Assembly: GCA_024137785.1 (NCBI GenBank)
Contig: JAHRHZ010000082.1
Span: 13,013,873-13,077,872 of the forward strand
Reading direction: 5' to 3'
DNA: 64,000 nt
Source of the DNA: Ginglymostoma cirratum
Taxonomy: Eukaryota
Shown here: piece after piece, positions 63,039 through 64,000 of the stretch
How positions within the stretch are numbered: position 1 is the stretch's first letter
Layout: each line of letters opens with the position of its first letter
Notes under the pieces: generated by a model
Seen by the model: the letters and a program-made list of their open reading frames with translations, nothing else
What the model was told of the DNA's origin: nothing
The model's database searches: none
Position numbers and translations under genes: made by a program

Positions 63039-64000
63039 AGATAACAAGGTGTGGAGCTGGATGAACACAGCAGGCCAAGCAGCATCAGGGGAGCAGGAAA
63101 GCTTGACGTTTCGGGCCTAGACTCTTCATCAGAAATGGGGGAGGGGAAGAGGGTTCTGAAATAAATAGGGAGAGAGGGGGAGGTGGATAGAAGATGGATA
63201 GAGGAGAGGATAGGTGGAGAGGAGGCAGACAAGTCGAAGAGGCGGGGATGGAGCCAGTAAGGTGAGTGCAAGTGGGGGGTAGGGAGGAGATAGGTCAGTC
63301 CAGGGAGGACGGACAGGTCAAGGGGGCGGGATGAGGTTAGTAGATAGGAGATGGGGGTGGGGCTTGCGGTGGGAGGAGGGGATAGGTGAGAGGAAGGACC
63401 AGTTAGGGAGGCGGAGATGAGCTGGGCTGGTTTTGGGATGCGGTTGGGGGAGGGGAGATTTTGAAGCTTGTGAAATCCACATTGATACCATTGGGCTGTA
63501 GGGTACCCAGGCTGAATATGATTTGCTGTTCCTGCAGCCTTCGGGTGGCATCACTGTGGCATTGCAGGAGGCCCAGGATGGACATGTCGTCTGAGGAACG
63601 GGAGGGGGAGTTGAAATGGTTCGCGACTGGGAGGTGCAGTTGTTTGTTGCGAACTGAGCGCAGGTGTTCTGCAAAGCGGTCCCCAAGCCTCCGCTTGGTT
63701 TCCCCAATGTAGAGGAGGCCACAACGGGTACAGCGGATGCAGTATACCACATTGGCAGATGTGCAGGTGAACATCTGCCTGATGTGGAAAGTCTTCTTGG
63801 GACCTGGGATTGGGGTGAGGGAGGAGGTGTGGGGGCAGGTTTAGCACTTCCTGCGGTTGCAGGGAAAAGTGCCGGGTGTGGTGGAGGGGAGTGTGGAGCG
63901 GACAAGGGAATCGCGGAGGGAGTGGTCCCTCCGGAAAGCAGATAAGGGTGGGGAGGGAAAAATGTCTTTGGTGGTGGGGTCGGATTGCAGATGGCGGAAG
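63039..64000 (-). mobile_element. young Penelope-like element 3' part (EN + pLTR), continues beyond the window; hammerhead motif 63105-63132
   Basis: ORF 63403-63774 almost identical to the EN in 24873-25817; stem II has one A-C mismatch (GAGU/GCCC). Confidence 0.92.

Noticed and set aside
1-64000. CRISPR arrays, rRNA, prokaryotic operons
   Set aside because: The sequence is vertebrate genomic DNA; recurring short motifs are dispersed TE ends, not regularly spaced repeats

Overview
Eukaryotic, repeat-rich vertebrate DNA, almost certainly an elasmobranch (shark), judging by HE1/V-SINE, CR1/HER1-type LINE, Deu-domain SINE and Neptune-type Penelope repeats. Two protein-coding genes can be built exon by exon from GT-AG sites with consistent phases: OXLD1 (- strand, 2 coding exons, 165 aa) and CCDC137 (+ strand, 6 coding exons, 286 aa). 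They sit head-to-head on a ~280 bp GC-rich bidirectional promoter, as in human 17q25.3. The rest is mostly nested transposon debris (CR1, RTE, Tx1/L1, L2-like, Rex1, hAT, solo LTRs, SINEs). The most notable signal is a family of Penelope-like (GIY-YIG) retroelements whose terminal repeats carry minimal type I hammerhead ribozymes (CUGAUGA-A-stemII-GAAACGUH). These occur as truncated autonomous copies, ~90-250 bp mini-elements with target-site duplications, palindromic double-ribozyme hairpins and one retrozyme-like direct-repeat unit. Two copies with intact cores lie on the sense strand of CCDC137 introns. Repeat boundaries are approximate unless a TSD is quoted; family names come from motif recognition, not database searches.
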